Virus record (IMG/VR): IMGVR_UViG_3300025133_000039
DNA from: an uncultured virus (IMG/VR IMGVR_UViG_3300025133_000039)
Lineage: Duplodnaviria > Heunggongvirae > Uroviricota > Caudoviricetes
Length of the DNA: 56,484 bases
Direction: 5' to 3' (one strand)
The number at the start of each line of letters is the position of its first letter. The stretch's first letter is position 1. This document shows, in pieces, positions 31,436 to 40,041 of the stretch. A program made the translations under genes and the position numbers. Below the pieces are notes generated by a model. That model was not told the DNA's origin and searched no databases. It saw only the letters and a list, made by a program, of their open reading frames with translations.

Positions 31436-34400
31436 TTACATCCTATGGTGGCCGATGGCGCTGTTGAAAACGCTCTGGTTTACCTGTCTTTGGGCTGCAG
31501 CCTGCACTGAGCGCCTATGCTTTCTCTCTCTCGCTGCAGCGACGTCTGCACCGTAGTCCTTGTAGGCCTGAAGACTGCGTCGAGCATATACTGACGTAGT
31601 TGTACCCGCTGTGTCCAGTGACAGCTTCTTATCTAGTTTACCATAGCCACCCCTGTGCTTAAACTTGTCCTGCTGGCGTCCGCCCCTAGTTTTCATTAAC
31701 TCCGAGGTGTCTCTAAGCATTTCAGACATATAGTTATTGTGTGGAGCCTGGTGGGTTCTATAGGTGCTACGGTTTCTATAATCATCGTAAGTTCCAACTC
31801 TCTGCAACGTAGAGCCAATCTCTACAGCTGCGTTCAAGTCGTTAACCCCAGCGTAACCCTGTTCCTGAGCCTGGCGCATGAGGGATGCGCCTGACATAAG
31901 TGTAGCGTTCTTCGAAAGTCGTGCCCTCTGAGCGATGGTGTTAAACGTAAGTCTTTGATCCATCTTGTCAGACATACCATAGTAAATCTGGAAGAATGGC
32001 TCAGCGTGGAGGCCTCGGCCTGCCTCTCTAGCTTTCGTCTCATGGGCGACCGCGACCGAGTAATCAACCATGGACTTCTTCCAGCTACCATAAGGTAGTG
32101 CTGCGGCGTGGCCCTGCTTTACTAGGTCAAAGTTTACGTTACGCTTGTCTGCAAATAGAACGCCGACGCCTCGCCCATAAGTAGACTGGGTGGGGTCGTA
32201 GACAATCTCAAGGTTTCCAGCTCCTGCAATAATCGCTTCCATTGCAGTCTTCGCTTCGTGCGCGTGTGGCTGGGGCGAGTACCAACTACGAGCACCGTGA
32301 CTAATTTCTGGAGAGTCAATACCAGCTAGTCGGAACGAGTACTTATTCATTCCGAAGAAGCCCTGAATCGCACCCACTACGCCACGTCGCGCGACGGACA
32401 CTGTGTCTGCGTCCTCGGCTGTAACCTTCCAATTCCCACTAGATAGGTTAATCCCTAGAAGGTTCTTACCCTTCATCCCGGAGTACTGGGACGCATCAAT
32501 ACCTTCTCCAACGAATCCAGAGGGAATAGAGCTAGCATGCCTTAGAGGGTTAAAAGCTCGTAGGGTGGAGATGTCTGCGAAGACTCCTGCTACTGGATCG
32601 TAGTGCCTAACTCCGTATACTGAGCGCATATACTTCTCACGCTCAGCAAGAAGCTCCTGGTCCATTAGAACAGCATTAGATGTCCAAGGACCACGGTAAG
32701 GTGAGCCGAAGTCCGTGTTGAACTTACGCCTGTCTGCAGCAATGCCTGACTCATTCATTCCTGAACGCCAACCCTTGTCGTTGTCGTTCAGATGTCCGAA
32801 GTTCGACTGGAACTCCTTCCACCTCTCATAATTCTGGGTGCGGAATACAGTATGGCTATCAGGTCTTTGGTCATTGCGGTTGCCGAACGCTAATCCCAGA
32901 GCAGTAACTGAAGCTGCAGCAAGTACCCCACCCTTCATCGCCTTAGAGAGACCCATACCTTGGAAGCGAGAAGTGCGTCTCGGGCCTCCACTCGCATCTA
33001 GGTTATCTATTAGCTGAGGAAGGGATGTACGACGGAAGAATTCATCAACTCCACCGTCAAGGTCTGCAATCATCTTGTCTAGCGAGCCAATGCCAGCATG
33101 CTCTTCTCTGAAGCCTGCGCTGATCCTCTGTAATGCTGTAGCTTCACCTACCTTGAGACGCCCGCCTTCCATTTTAAGACCTCCGCCCTCTTTGAGGCGT
33201 TCGGTCATTTGATTCCAAATTCCGCTAACGCGGGCGGCGTCATACTGCCCAGTATTTATAATGTAGTGAGCGGCTTGCTCTACATCCTTGAAAGTCTCTC
33301 TGGCTGCGAGGTTTACAGGGACCTCAAGAAGTTTGCCGTCAGGAGTCATCTGCTGAATCGCGCGAGTACCTCCGGACCCAGCGTGCTGTGCTGTGAATCC
33401 CTGGGTAGCAAAGTCCTGGAACATGCGATCGAAGCGCTTAGTCAAGTTAAAGCTCTGTAGTTCTGGAGCTAGTACGTCAAGGCGCTTTAGGAACGTCATT
33501 GCCTGGTGCAGGTGGCCGCCGCCTCGACGAGCTTCCTGAATAAGCTTCTTACCCGCAACTCCACCAAGCTGTACCTGGCGTAGAGCTTCAGTGCTCTCAA
33601 GAGACTTACGCAGGACGTAAGCTTCGGTAGCTGCAGTATCTTCTACCGCACGGTGCCACTCTTTACCCTGGAACATCTTAGTTGCCAGGGTTGGGTCTGC
33701 CTCGGTCGAACCAAAGAGACGCGCTGTAATATCCATCGAGAGTCCGTACTCTCGCCCAGGAGCGCTGAATAAGCCTAGCTGCCTACCATAAGACTGCTGT
33801 GCTTTAAGTACGTCCATGATGTCTCGAACATCACCAGCGCCAGTATTCCTTAGATACGCTTCATAGACCTGGGTCCAGTCGCCAGAGTGCTGTGCGCTGG
33901 CTCGGGCGGCGTTAACCGCCTTGCCAGTCACGTATAGGTTGTCAGCTGTCTGAGGGTTGAATGAAGCTAAGCCTTCATGTAGCCCGCTCTTCCGCATCTG
34001 TACGGCTAGCGCGTCTTCCTTAGAGATAGTCCCAGCCTGAACCTGCTCAAATAGCTCTGTGGGAAGCGCCGCAATCTGAGCGCCAATCTGCTTTGATTCG
34101 AACGGAGCGTTCGCAATCCAGATGGTCTTACCCTTCATTCGCTGAAGCATATCTGACCCAGGTGCCAGAGCTTCTTGAATACTAGTTCTTTGGGTAATGA
34201 TATCGCTAATGTTTCCGCCCATGCCTCTAATACGCTGCATACGAAGTGCAACGGGCTCAGAGCCACCACCATATGCCGGAGACTTTCCAGTCGCTAACAT
34301 GTGGGCCTGGAACGGATCAATCTTAGACAGCTGCTCAATAAGAGCAGCCTGCTTAATGTTCTTTAGTGCACCCGGTTTCTCGCCCTTCGCCATCTCTAGC

Positions 34401-34669
34401 TGGGCGATAATCACATCCCTCCAAGTAGAGTTCTTACCAATACCTGGGTGCCTCCTAGTAACGTCGTATCTGGTAGTCGCTAGCTGAAGGATATCCTGCT
34501 TCGGCCCACCCATACTTACTACTAGGTTAGGCTTGAAGAGGTACTCGTACGCCTTCTTGGTCTGTAGGTCGAAAATCGCCAACTCATGCAAACCACTACC
34601 ACGCTGAAGACCCATGGTCTCAGTATCGAGCAGAATTGCGTTTTGTAGCAGCGATAGACCTCGGTCCAT
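31436..34669 (-). CDS. Fusion of an N-terminal DEDDh-like 3'-5' exonuclease and a C-terminal SNase (thermonuclease) domain
   Basis: Exonuclease motifs LLDTETMGL, WIANAPFE, DIMD, HRAVED. SNase motifs DADTV, RLAGIDSPE, TYGR, VNFDLVKQGHA. Confidence 0.75.
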   Translation of the reverse strand: MDRGLSLLQNAILLDTETMGLQRGSGLHELAIFDLQTKKAYEYLFKPNLVVSMGGPKQDILQLATTRYDVTRRHPGIGKNSTWRDVIIAQLEMAKGEKPGALKNIKQAALIEQLSKIDPFQAHMLATGKSPAYGGGSEPVALRMQRIRGMGGNISDIITQRTSIQEALAPGSDMLQRMKGKTIWIANAPFESKQIGAQIAALPTELFEQVQAGTISKEDALAVQMRKSGLHEGLASFNPQTADNLYVTGKAVNAARASAQHSGDWTQVYEAYLRNTGAGDVRDIMDVLKAQQSYGRQLGLFSAPGREYGLSMDITARLFGSTEADPTLATKMFQGKEWHRAVEDTAATEAYVLRKSLESTEALRQVQLGGVAGKKLIQEARRGGGHLHQAMTFLKRLDVLAPELQSFNLTKRFDRMFQDFATQGFTAQHAGSGGTRAIQQMTPDGKLLEVPVNLAARETFKDVEQAAHYIINTGQYDAARVSGIWNQMTERLKEGGGLKMEGGRLKVGEATALQRISAGFREEHAGIGSLDKMIADLDGGVDEFFRRTSLPQLIDNLDASGGPRRTSRFQGMGLSKAMKGGVLAAASVTALGLAFGNRNDQRPDSHTVFRTQNYERWKEFQSNFGHLNDNDKGWRSGMNESGIAADRRKFNTDFGSPYRGPWTSNAVLMDQELLAEREKYMRSVYGVRHYDPVAGVFADISTLRAFNPLRHASSIPSGFVGEGIDASQYSGMKGKNLLGINLSSGNWKVTAEDADTVSVARRGVVGAIQGFFGMNKYSFRLAGIDSPEISHGARSWYSPQPHAHEAKTAMEAIIAGAGNLEIVYDPTQSTYGRGVGVLFADKRNVNFDLVKQGHAAALPYGSWKKSMVDYSVAVAHETKAREAGRGLHAEPFFQIYYGMSDKMDQRLTFNTIAQRARLSKNATLMSGASLMRQAQEQGYAGVNDLNAAVEIGSTLQRVGTYDDYRNRSTYRTHQAPHNNYMSEMLRDTSELMKTRGGRQQDKFKHRGGYGKLDKKLSLDTAGTTTSVYARRSLQAYKDYGADVAAARERKHRRSVQAAAQRQVNQSVFNSAIGHHRM

Positions 34670-34675
34670 GATGGC

Positions 34676-35047
34676 TTACTCGTATAAGGTGTGGTCAGGA
34701 GCGATGATAGTTCGGAACGTGTTCAAGCCTTTGAGTCGCTCCGGCTGAGAAACAGCTGTGAGGCTAATCCTCCGAGGGAGCTTCGTAGCTTCAAGCATAC
34801 CGTTAATCTTTATGCGCAGCCAGTCGGCAATCTGCATGGTTGGAGCCACGCAGACAACCTCAGTATAGTTTTCATTCCAGTGCAATCTGGAAACAATATT
34901 TGCCGCCTGCAGTGTGGTGCGGCCCGTTTGCCGCCCACATTCTGCATGTACTAGCCCACTCTTGTAGTTCTCTTTTCGTTGTGACTGGGCGAAGCCCTTA
35001 TAATCCTCATCGTACCCGCTAATCCTTAATACATCGGTCTTAGTCAT
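34676..35047 (-). CDS. Short terminase-ATPase-like fragment
   Basis: CGRQTGRTT (Walker-A-like), VVCVAPT, RLKG. Ends where Walker B would be (IIAPD). 123 aa. Confidence 0.5.
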   Translation of the reverse strand: MTKTDVLRISGYDEDYKGFAQSQRKENYKSGLVHAECGRQTGRTTLQAANIVSRLHWNENYTEVVCVAPTMQIADWLRIKINGMLEATKLPRRISLTAVSQPERLKGLNTFRTIIAPDHTLYE

Positions 35048-35828
35048 CGAGCAGAATCTCCTCTTCCGGGTCCCCCACGGTTAGCTGTAATGGCTCCTTG
35101 AGCCCAAGCTCTGAGACAGCCTCTCGGAGCGTTCTGATTTCACTGAGAATCTTACCTTCCTTCTGAGGATCGCCAAGCTTAAGCAACCAATCGCTCTTAG
35201 CCTTACGAGTCTCAAGCAAGGAGTTGAGTAGCTTCTCTCGACGACGCTCAAGCTTATCCAACATTTCCGCAGCTGGGTGCAACTTGCTCACCGTTGAAGC
35301 GTCGCCAGATTCAGAGAATCCAGTGACGTCAATCTTCATGAAATCGCGCCCCTCGCCCTGCTTGTCACCAATAGACATCAGGATCAGAGACCTATTCTTG
35401 TATAGATCGATAGTAGCTAGCTCGTTAGCCAGGCTTACTTCAATAGGATTGTTAGGATCGATATCCAAGTATACGAGGTAATCATGAAGCTTCTGCTGCA
35501 TGAAGAACTGCTCTAGTACACAGCCTCTCCCAATCGGATAGTCTGTAAGCAGCCCCTGCTTCGCAAAGCCATGTTCGTCCCGGTCCGGAATCGGACACTT
35601 CTCGAAGAAAGGACACTTCTCAGGCCCAAGGCAGGTGATGGGGGCTACGTTATGTAGTCCCATCTTAGTCCTGTTCGCAGAGTTGATTACCCTCTCGCGC
35701 TTCTCTGGAGAGAGATGGTCCAGATAGTTCAGATAACTATCATCCACATCTGTGACCTGGGCACGAAGTTCTTGCTTTGTTGGAAGCAGAATGATTTCCT
35801 GCACCTCATCTCTCTTAGTAGTCATCAA
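35040..35828 (-). CDS. Putative terminase small subunit
   Basis: C-x5-CPFxxxCP...C motif followed by long helices, upstream of terL. Assignment is positional. Confidence 0.45.
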   Translation of the reverse strand: MMTTKRDEVQEIILLPTKQELRAQVTDVDDSYLNYLDHLSPEKRERVINSANRTKMGLHNVAPITCLGPEKCPFFEKCPIPDRDEHGFAKQGLLTDYPIGRGCVLEQFFMQQKLHDYLVYLDIDPNNPIEVSLANELATIDLYKNRSLILMSIGDKQGEGRDFMKIDVTGFSESGDASTVSKLHPAAEMLDKLERRREKLLNSLLETRKAKSDWLLKLGDPQKEGKILSEIRTLREAVSELGLKEPLQLTVGDPEEEILLDD

Positions 35829-36712
35829 AACTCTCCGTTAGTAATCTCTCGTTGTGCCTGGTCATTGCGAAAATTCCAATTGCGTCGCGCCGCCGTTACG
35901 GCTTCTAGCCCTCCAGGAGCTGAAGCTGTCTGCAAGTTGCGAACCTTCTCCCATACCATTGTATCAACTAAGTAGTCGTCAACGTAGTGTGTAGTCTTTC
36001 CGGGAACCGTTGCAGTTAGATTAGGTGAGCCCATCGTGTAAATAGGTCGAGTCTCCGTCTGACTCTTCAACACTCGCTCCATTAGGAACGGGTCTAACTC
36101 TGGTACGTACTCTCCATACCTAAGATTGCGTAGGTCTCTGGGTGCTGGCGACGGAGGGAACTCCGTACCAAAAGCTGCCATTGGGTCAAACTGGTCTACA
36201 CCAGGAAGCAAATCACCATTAGCGTTAGCCCCCGTCTCGATAAACTCTGCTTCGTACTCCTGGAGGAACTCTCCAAAGAGCGCTCGATCAGGGTGCGTAA
36301 ACAGCTGTCGATTTATTTCGTACGCAGGAGTACGCCTTCGGTCTGTCTCCTTGAAGTCGGTAGCCTCTCCCACCTTTGCGCCGTCAACAAGTACCTCAAT
36401 CCGCTTTCGATTCGGAGTAGGGGCAGCCACCTTCTCTACCAGCTGGATGTAGGGGACTACCAGGGCCTCGCCGTCCCATTCGATATTCTCGAAAATCGAA
36501 TACCCAATGAAATCGGTACCTTCCAGCTTTAGAAAAGTGTTTGGCTGCGCCTCGTAGTGCCGGTCCACACCTACGGCATCCATAACCTTTGTTGCGTAAC
36601 TCGCAACGTAAGCACAGATATCCTCTTGGCTTGGATTCTCTTCTCCGTAGAGCGCGTTCAGCGTCTCGTGAAGAACTTCGTATGTTTGATCAGTCATCTC
36701 TAAACAATTCAA
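35825..36712 (-). CDS. Hypothetical protein
   Basis: 295-aa acidic ORF. The start could be the ATG at 36697. Confidence 0.6.
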   Translation of the reverse strand: MNCLEMTDQTYEVLHETLNALYGEENPSQEDICAYVASYATKVMDAVGVDRHYEAQPNTFLKLEGTDFIGYSIFENIEWDGEALVVPYIQLVEKVAAPTPNRKRIEVLVDGAKVGEATDFKETDRRRTPAYEINRQLFTHPDRALFGEFLQEYEAEFIETGANANGDLLPGVDQFDPMAAFGTEFPPSPAPRDLRNLRYGEYVPELDPFLMERVLKSQTETRPIYTMGSPNLTATVPGKTTHYVDDYLVDTMVWEKVRNLQTASAPGGLEAVTAARRNWNFRNDQAQREITNGEF

Positions 36713-36872
36713 AAAATGGGTTTTGGTGATTCGATGGGGTCGAGGCGAAGCTCGTAAATTTTACTCCCTCCAACCAATTCTCCAACGCATCTCTTACCAC
36801 CTCTAATGAGAACTCCTGTAAGTCGTCTACAGGGTACTCCAGGTCGCTGTGTATGCCTCTTACCTCAGTCAT
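36690..36872 (-). CDS. Small hypothetical protein
   Basis: GAGG RBS, 60 aa, in operon orientation. Confidence 0.45.
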   Translation of the reverse strand: MTEVRGIHSDLEYPVDDLQEFSLEVVRDALENWLEGVKFTSFASTPSNHQNPFFELFRDD

Positions 36873-36918
36873 GCTTGTGCCTCTGTAGGTTTAATGCTCG
36901 GAGCGCTTAGAAGCGCTC

Positions 36919-37092
36919 TCAGCGCCTCTTCTTCTTAGGGTGTACGGCTCCGGTTAATACCTGAGTCTTAGGCCTGGATGCGTACGGCTTCAGGTCGCTC
37001 TTTTTCGGGGGAGCTGGACCTACTTTTACTTTTGTAGTTTTGCCGATCCTTCCAGCCGATATATTCGGATAGCCTCCTAGTGGTTTACCCAT
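36919..37092 (-). CDS. Small basic protein (57 aa)
   Basis: Hand-translated MGKPLGGYPNISAGRIGKTTKVKVGPAPPKKSDLKPYASRPKTQVLTGAVHPKKKRR. GAGGAG RBS; fills the operon gap. Confidence 0.5.
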   Translation of the reverse strand: MGKPLGGYPNISAGRIGKTTKVKVGPAPPKKSDLKPYASRPKTQVLTGAVHPKKKRR

Positions 37093-37330
37093 TGTTACTA
37101 ATCTCCTCTGCTAGAGCTGCACTCTTAGCCGCAATATCTTGTAGTAGTAGGACTAGCTCCTGGGATTGGTGTGCGCCGAGTTCGAAGGACTTCTTTGCAT
37201 AACGACACTCTTCTCCAAAATCGCTGTGGTCTGCAATGGGCTTGTATCGAGTCCAATGGAATCCATTTAGTTTGTCTGACGCTGCTTTCAGTGCGTTGAG
37301 GTCTGTGGAGACCTGCATGATTCTACGCAT
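37085..37330 (-). CDS. Hypothetical protein
   Basis: 81-aa ORF coupled to the upstream gene (TAATG). Confidence 0.55.
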   Translation of the reverse strand: MRRIMQVSTDLNALKAASDKLNGFHWTRYKPIADHSDFGEECRYAKKSFELGAHQSQELVLLLQDIAAKSAALAEEISNNG

Positions 37331-37797
37331 TAGTTTCTGTTTCGCTGATCGGGAATTACCCAGGTTATTTTGACACCATTCACAAACACATCAATTCCGT
37401 CAGGAATTGCGAATCCGTCCATATGTGGTGGTACGTATTCGCTTGGATTGTTCGTCTCTTTATGTACAAGTCTCATGATTTTGTCTAGATCTACCTCTTC
37501 GTCATCCATCTCGATCGTATGCACCTTGCTGTATCTGGTACGACGGATGTTGCCAATGATGTGCTCAGGGTATGGGCCGTGTTCAGGAAGATCACCTTCG
37601 TAAACCTCTCCTAATGCTTTAGCCAAAGTCATGCTACAGGGTTCGGGGATGTGCGCGTTTTTGAAGACAAAGTCGAACTTGATCGGTAGAGGCTTGTGCA
37701 GCTTGTCAAAGGGAGGTAGGCCAAGCTTCTTAGCTCTCCAGTCTGAGACCATGAGGTAGAGAGGGACTATGAAGTTGAACAGTCGCTTAAGCATTTT
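37330..37797 (-). CDS. Hypothetical protein (first gene of the leftward operon)
   Basis: AGGAGG RBS before ATG at 37797 (MLKRLFNF...). Confidence 0.65.
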   Translation of the reverse strand, partial: KMLKRLFNFIVPLYLMVSDWRAKKLGLPPFDKLHKPLPIKFDFVFKNAHIPEPCSMTLAKALGEVYEGDLPEHGPYPEHIIGNIRRTRYSKVHTIEMDDEEVDLDKIMRLVHKETNNPSEYVPPHMDGFAIPDGIDVFVNGVKITWVIPDQRNRN

Positions 37798-38163
37798 GCC
37801 TCCTAAACTGCGAAGCAGTTTACATTTAGAAGTCAAGTCTAAGCTCGACATATAGGGAAAGTCAATTTTGATTATTTATATTTTGGGGTTTGGGCCGCGA
37901 TTCTTGTCAGAAGTCTTTGTCTCTAAGTAGGCGAAATTATTGTGAAAATATATTTTGCAGTACTAGGGTTGGTAGAGGATATATAGGAGATTTGACCAGG
38001 TTAGTGTTGTGTCATTTTGGGAGTACCGTTCATTCGAGCCCACCCCGGTTTAATCCAGCTTTTTTATTTCAACGGTGCGCTGAAGCACCATGGAGATAGA
38101 GACATGCAAGAGGCCTGTCCTCTCGGGACGAGGACATCAGCTAACTCCTAACCTCTAACAAGT

Positions 38164-38200
38164 AAAAAAGATGCACTGCCGCAAGGCAGTGCGCTTTTTT
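38164..38200. terminator. Bidirectional terminator-like hairpin
   Basis: AAAAAAG-ATGCACTGCC-GCAA-GGCAGTGCG-CTTTTTT. Confidence 0.75.
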
Positions 38201-38212
38201 ATTTCTGACGAT

Positions 38213-38925
38213 AGCGTGCGGTACCACCGTCACCTACACACCACCAGTGTGCAGGTAGCAGTAGGGCCGTAGTCGTACCTGTAGTCCCCGTGGGCTACCA
38301 TCCTATACGTATCGTGGGCTCGTACCCAGCATGAATCGGTATGCGTATAGGTTGGCTCTGATGTAGCTGTCGTGTAGCCCCATGTACCTAGTGCATGGGA
38401 TAGGTCACCACCTAGTAGGGTAGGGCATAGCAACCCCTGCCCCACACATGGTGAGTGTACTAACAGGGTGACACCTGGCTATGGGTACCCCTCTCATACC
38501 CGTTAAGAGAGGGGAGGTACGTGGTCCACCTAATAGAAGGACTGAGCATGTGGTGTGGGTAGCGCCCACCACGGCTCCTGTGTGTGCAACGCACACAGTC
38601 ACCGGGTACACCACAGGTAAGTGTACATACGTAGGTCTCACTGCGTAGCGACTAAGGTGTAGTAAGGGGTGTTCCACACACACAACCCCTGAAGGCCTAT
38701 GAGAATACCGGATCCTAGGGGGATACCTAGGGTCGGCGGGCCTGGAGGCCGAAACATCCAGGCAAGGGTCATAGCAGAGATACCGCACCTTCCGTGCGAT
38801 TGAAACCCGGTCTAACCAACCAAAGAATCTCTGTGGTCAGGAAGTAAGTTGGCCTGACACACCTAGCGCCCAGGGTTAAGGGCACCCAGCACCGTTCTGG
38901 TGCTACCCCGCACGATGAAGTGCAT
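38213..38925 (+). ncRNA. Candidate large (~700 nt) structured non-coding RNA or leader
   Basis: No credible ORF. More than 12 consecutive hairpins, many with G.T pairs that work as wobbles only on the + strand. Confidence 0.55.
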
Positions 38926-38939
38926 AGATGGAGATAGTA

Positions 38940-39707
38940 ATGTCCGCTTTCGTGAACTACGAGCTGCCTGTGTGCGTGCTCCCTGTCCTCCTCTTGCTCA
39001 TCGGCTACGGCCTGATGAGCATCGCCAAGCGCAGCCTGACGGCTGCCGTGTTCTCTGGTAACACCGAGCGTGTTGCCTACCTCGCGGAGGCCCTCATGGA
39101 GAAGGCCTCCTACATGAACCGCTTCTGGGGTAAGACCCAGGAGTGGTTCGCCACTCGCCCTGCCGCGCTCTCCTCGTGGGCTCAGGCCCGCAAGGAGAAC
39201 GTCCGTTCCGCTGGGAAGGCGGTCGCCAAGGGCTTCCTGGCCCTGGCAATGGGGCTCTTCGCCCTGCTGCTGCTGCTGGTCGCTGGGGTTGGTGCTGCCG
39301 CCAACCTCACCGTCGCCACGTACCGCAAGGCGCGTGCTTCCCTGAAGGCCCGGATCCTGAACTGGCTCGGTGCCACGGAGATGGTGAACGAGCTGAAGCG
39401 TGAGAACGCCAAGCTCAACCTGAAGGTCCGTCGCCTGGAGATCCTCCAGCAGGTTGCCGATCACGACTACGTGGTCCAGACCGAGGCGGACAAGATGGCC
39501 GAGGTGCTCGATGCTGAGTTCCGTACTCAGCTGGAAGTCATGCACCGTGACGACATCCAGTGGATGTGGCTGCAGCTGTACCCTGGATACAGCTGGCGCT
39601 CCACGTTCTGCAAGGAGTGGGGAATTGAGGACATCATGGTCCTCCCCCCTGGCCACCGAGCGAAGGCCTATGAGGCCTTCTGCAAGGTGGGACCGCTTCC
39701 GTTCTAG
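38940..39707 (+). CDS. Hypothetical membrane-anchored coiled-coil protein
   Basis: GGAG RBS, two hydrophobic segments and strong G/C-ending codon usage. Confidence 0.75.
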   Translation: MSAFVNYELPVCVLPVLLLLIGYGLMSIAKRSLTAAVFSGNTERVAYLAEALMEKASYMNRFWGKTQEWFATRPAALSSWAQARKENVRSAGKAVAKGFLALAMGLFALLLLLVAGVGAAANLTVATYRKARASLKARILNWLGATEMVNELKRENAKLNLKVRRLEILQQVADHDYVVQTEADKMAEVLDAEFRTQLEVMHRDDIQWMWLQLYPGYSWRSTFCKEWGIEDIMVLPPGHRAKAYEAFCKVGPLPF

Positions 39708-39907
39708 TGGTCTGCGGTGACTGCCTGGGGGACATGCATATCGTTGGAAAGCGGTATGTGTGTCCCCCGTGTGAGGATGCGCCCGAGGAGAGGCGTGTCA
39801 AGAAGGTGAAGCCGGTGAAGGTGAAGAAAAGAGTAATTCCCTTCACTGGTGGTGGCGCTACCGCCACCAAGTGGGCCTGCGGTTGTCTCTTTGAGTGCGA
39901 CTGCTAG
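39707..39907 (+). CDS. Small Cys-rich basic protein
   Basis: CxxC...CxxC and CxC...CxC motifs, lying between a stop codon and a terminator. Confidence 0.4.
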   Translation: MVCGDCLGDMHIVGKRYVCPPCEDAPEERRVKKVKPVKVKKRVIPFTGGGATATKWACGCLFECDC

Positions 39908-39917
39908 GCAAGGTGAT

Positions 39918-39960
39918 GGGGTGGCGGGTCTTCGGACCCGTCGCCCTGAGCTTTTTTCTT
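39918..39960 (+). terminator. Hairpin with cUUCGg loop plus T-tract
   Basis: GGGTGGCGGGTC-TTCG-GACCCGTCGCCC, then TGAGCTTTTTTCTTT. Confidence 0.75.
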
Positions 39961-40041
39961 TGATGATACCGAATGTACGGCGTTCTAACACACGACGTCA
40001 TACGTTCTCGAACCACCTGTGTGTTCGTTAGGAGCTAGAAG

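Noticed and set aside
104..37603. Numerous short + strand ORFs across the structural module
   Set aside because: They lie antisense to a continuous, tightly coupled minus-strand operon and lack RBSs and motifs.
38230..38788. Minus-strand ORFs 38230-38445 and 38405-38788
   Set aside because: No RBS and atypical composition. The region is better explained by dense base-pairing.
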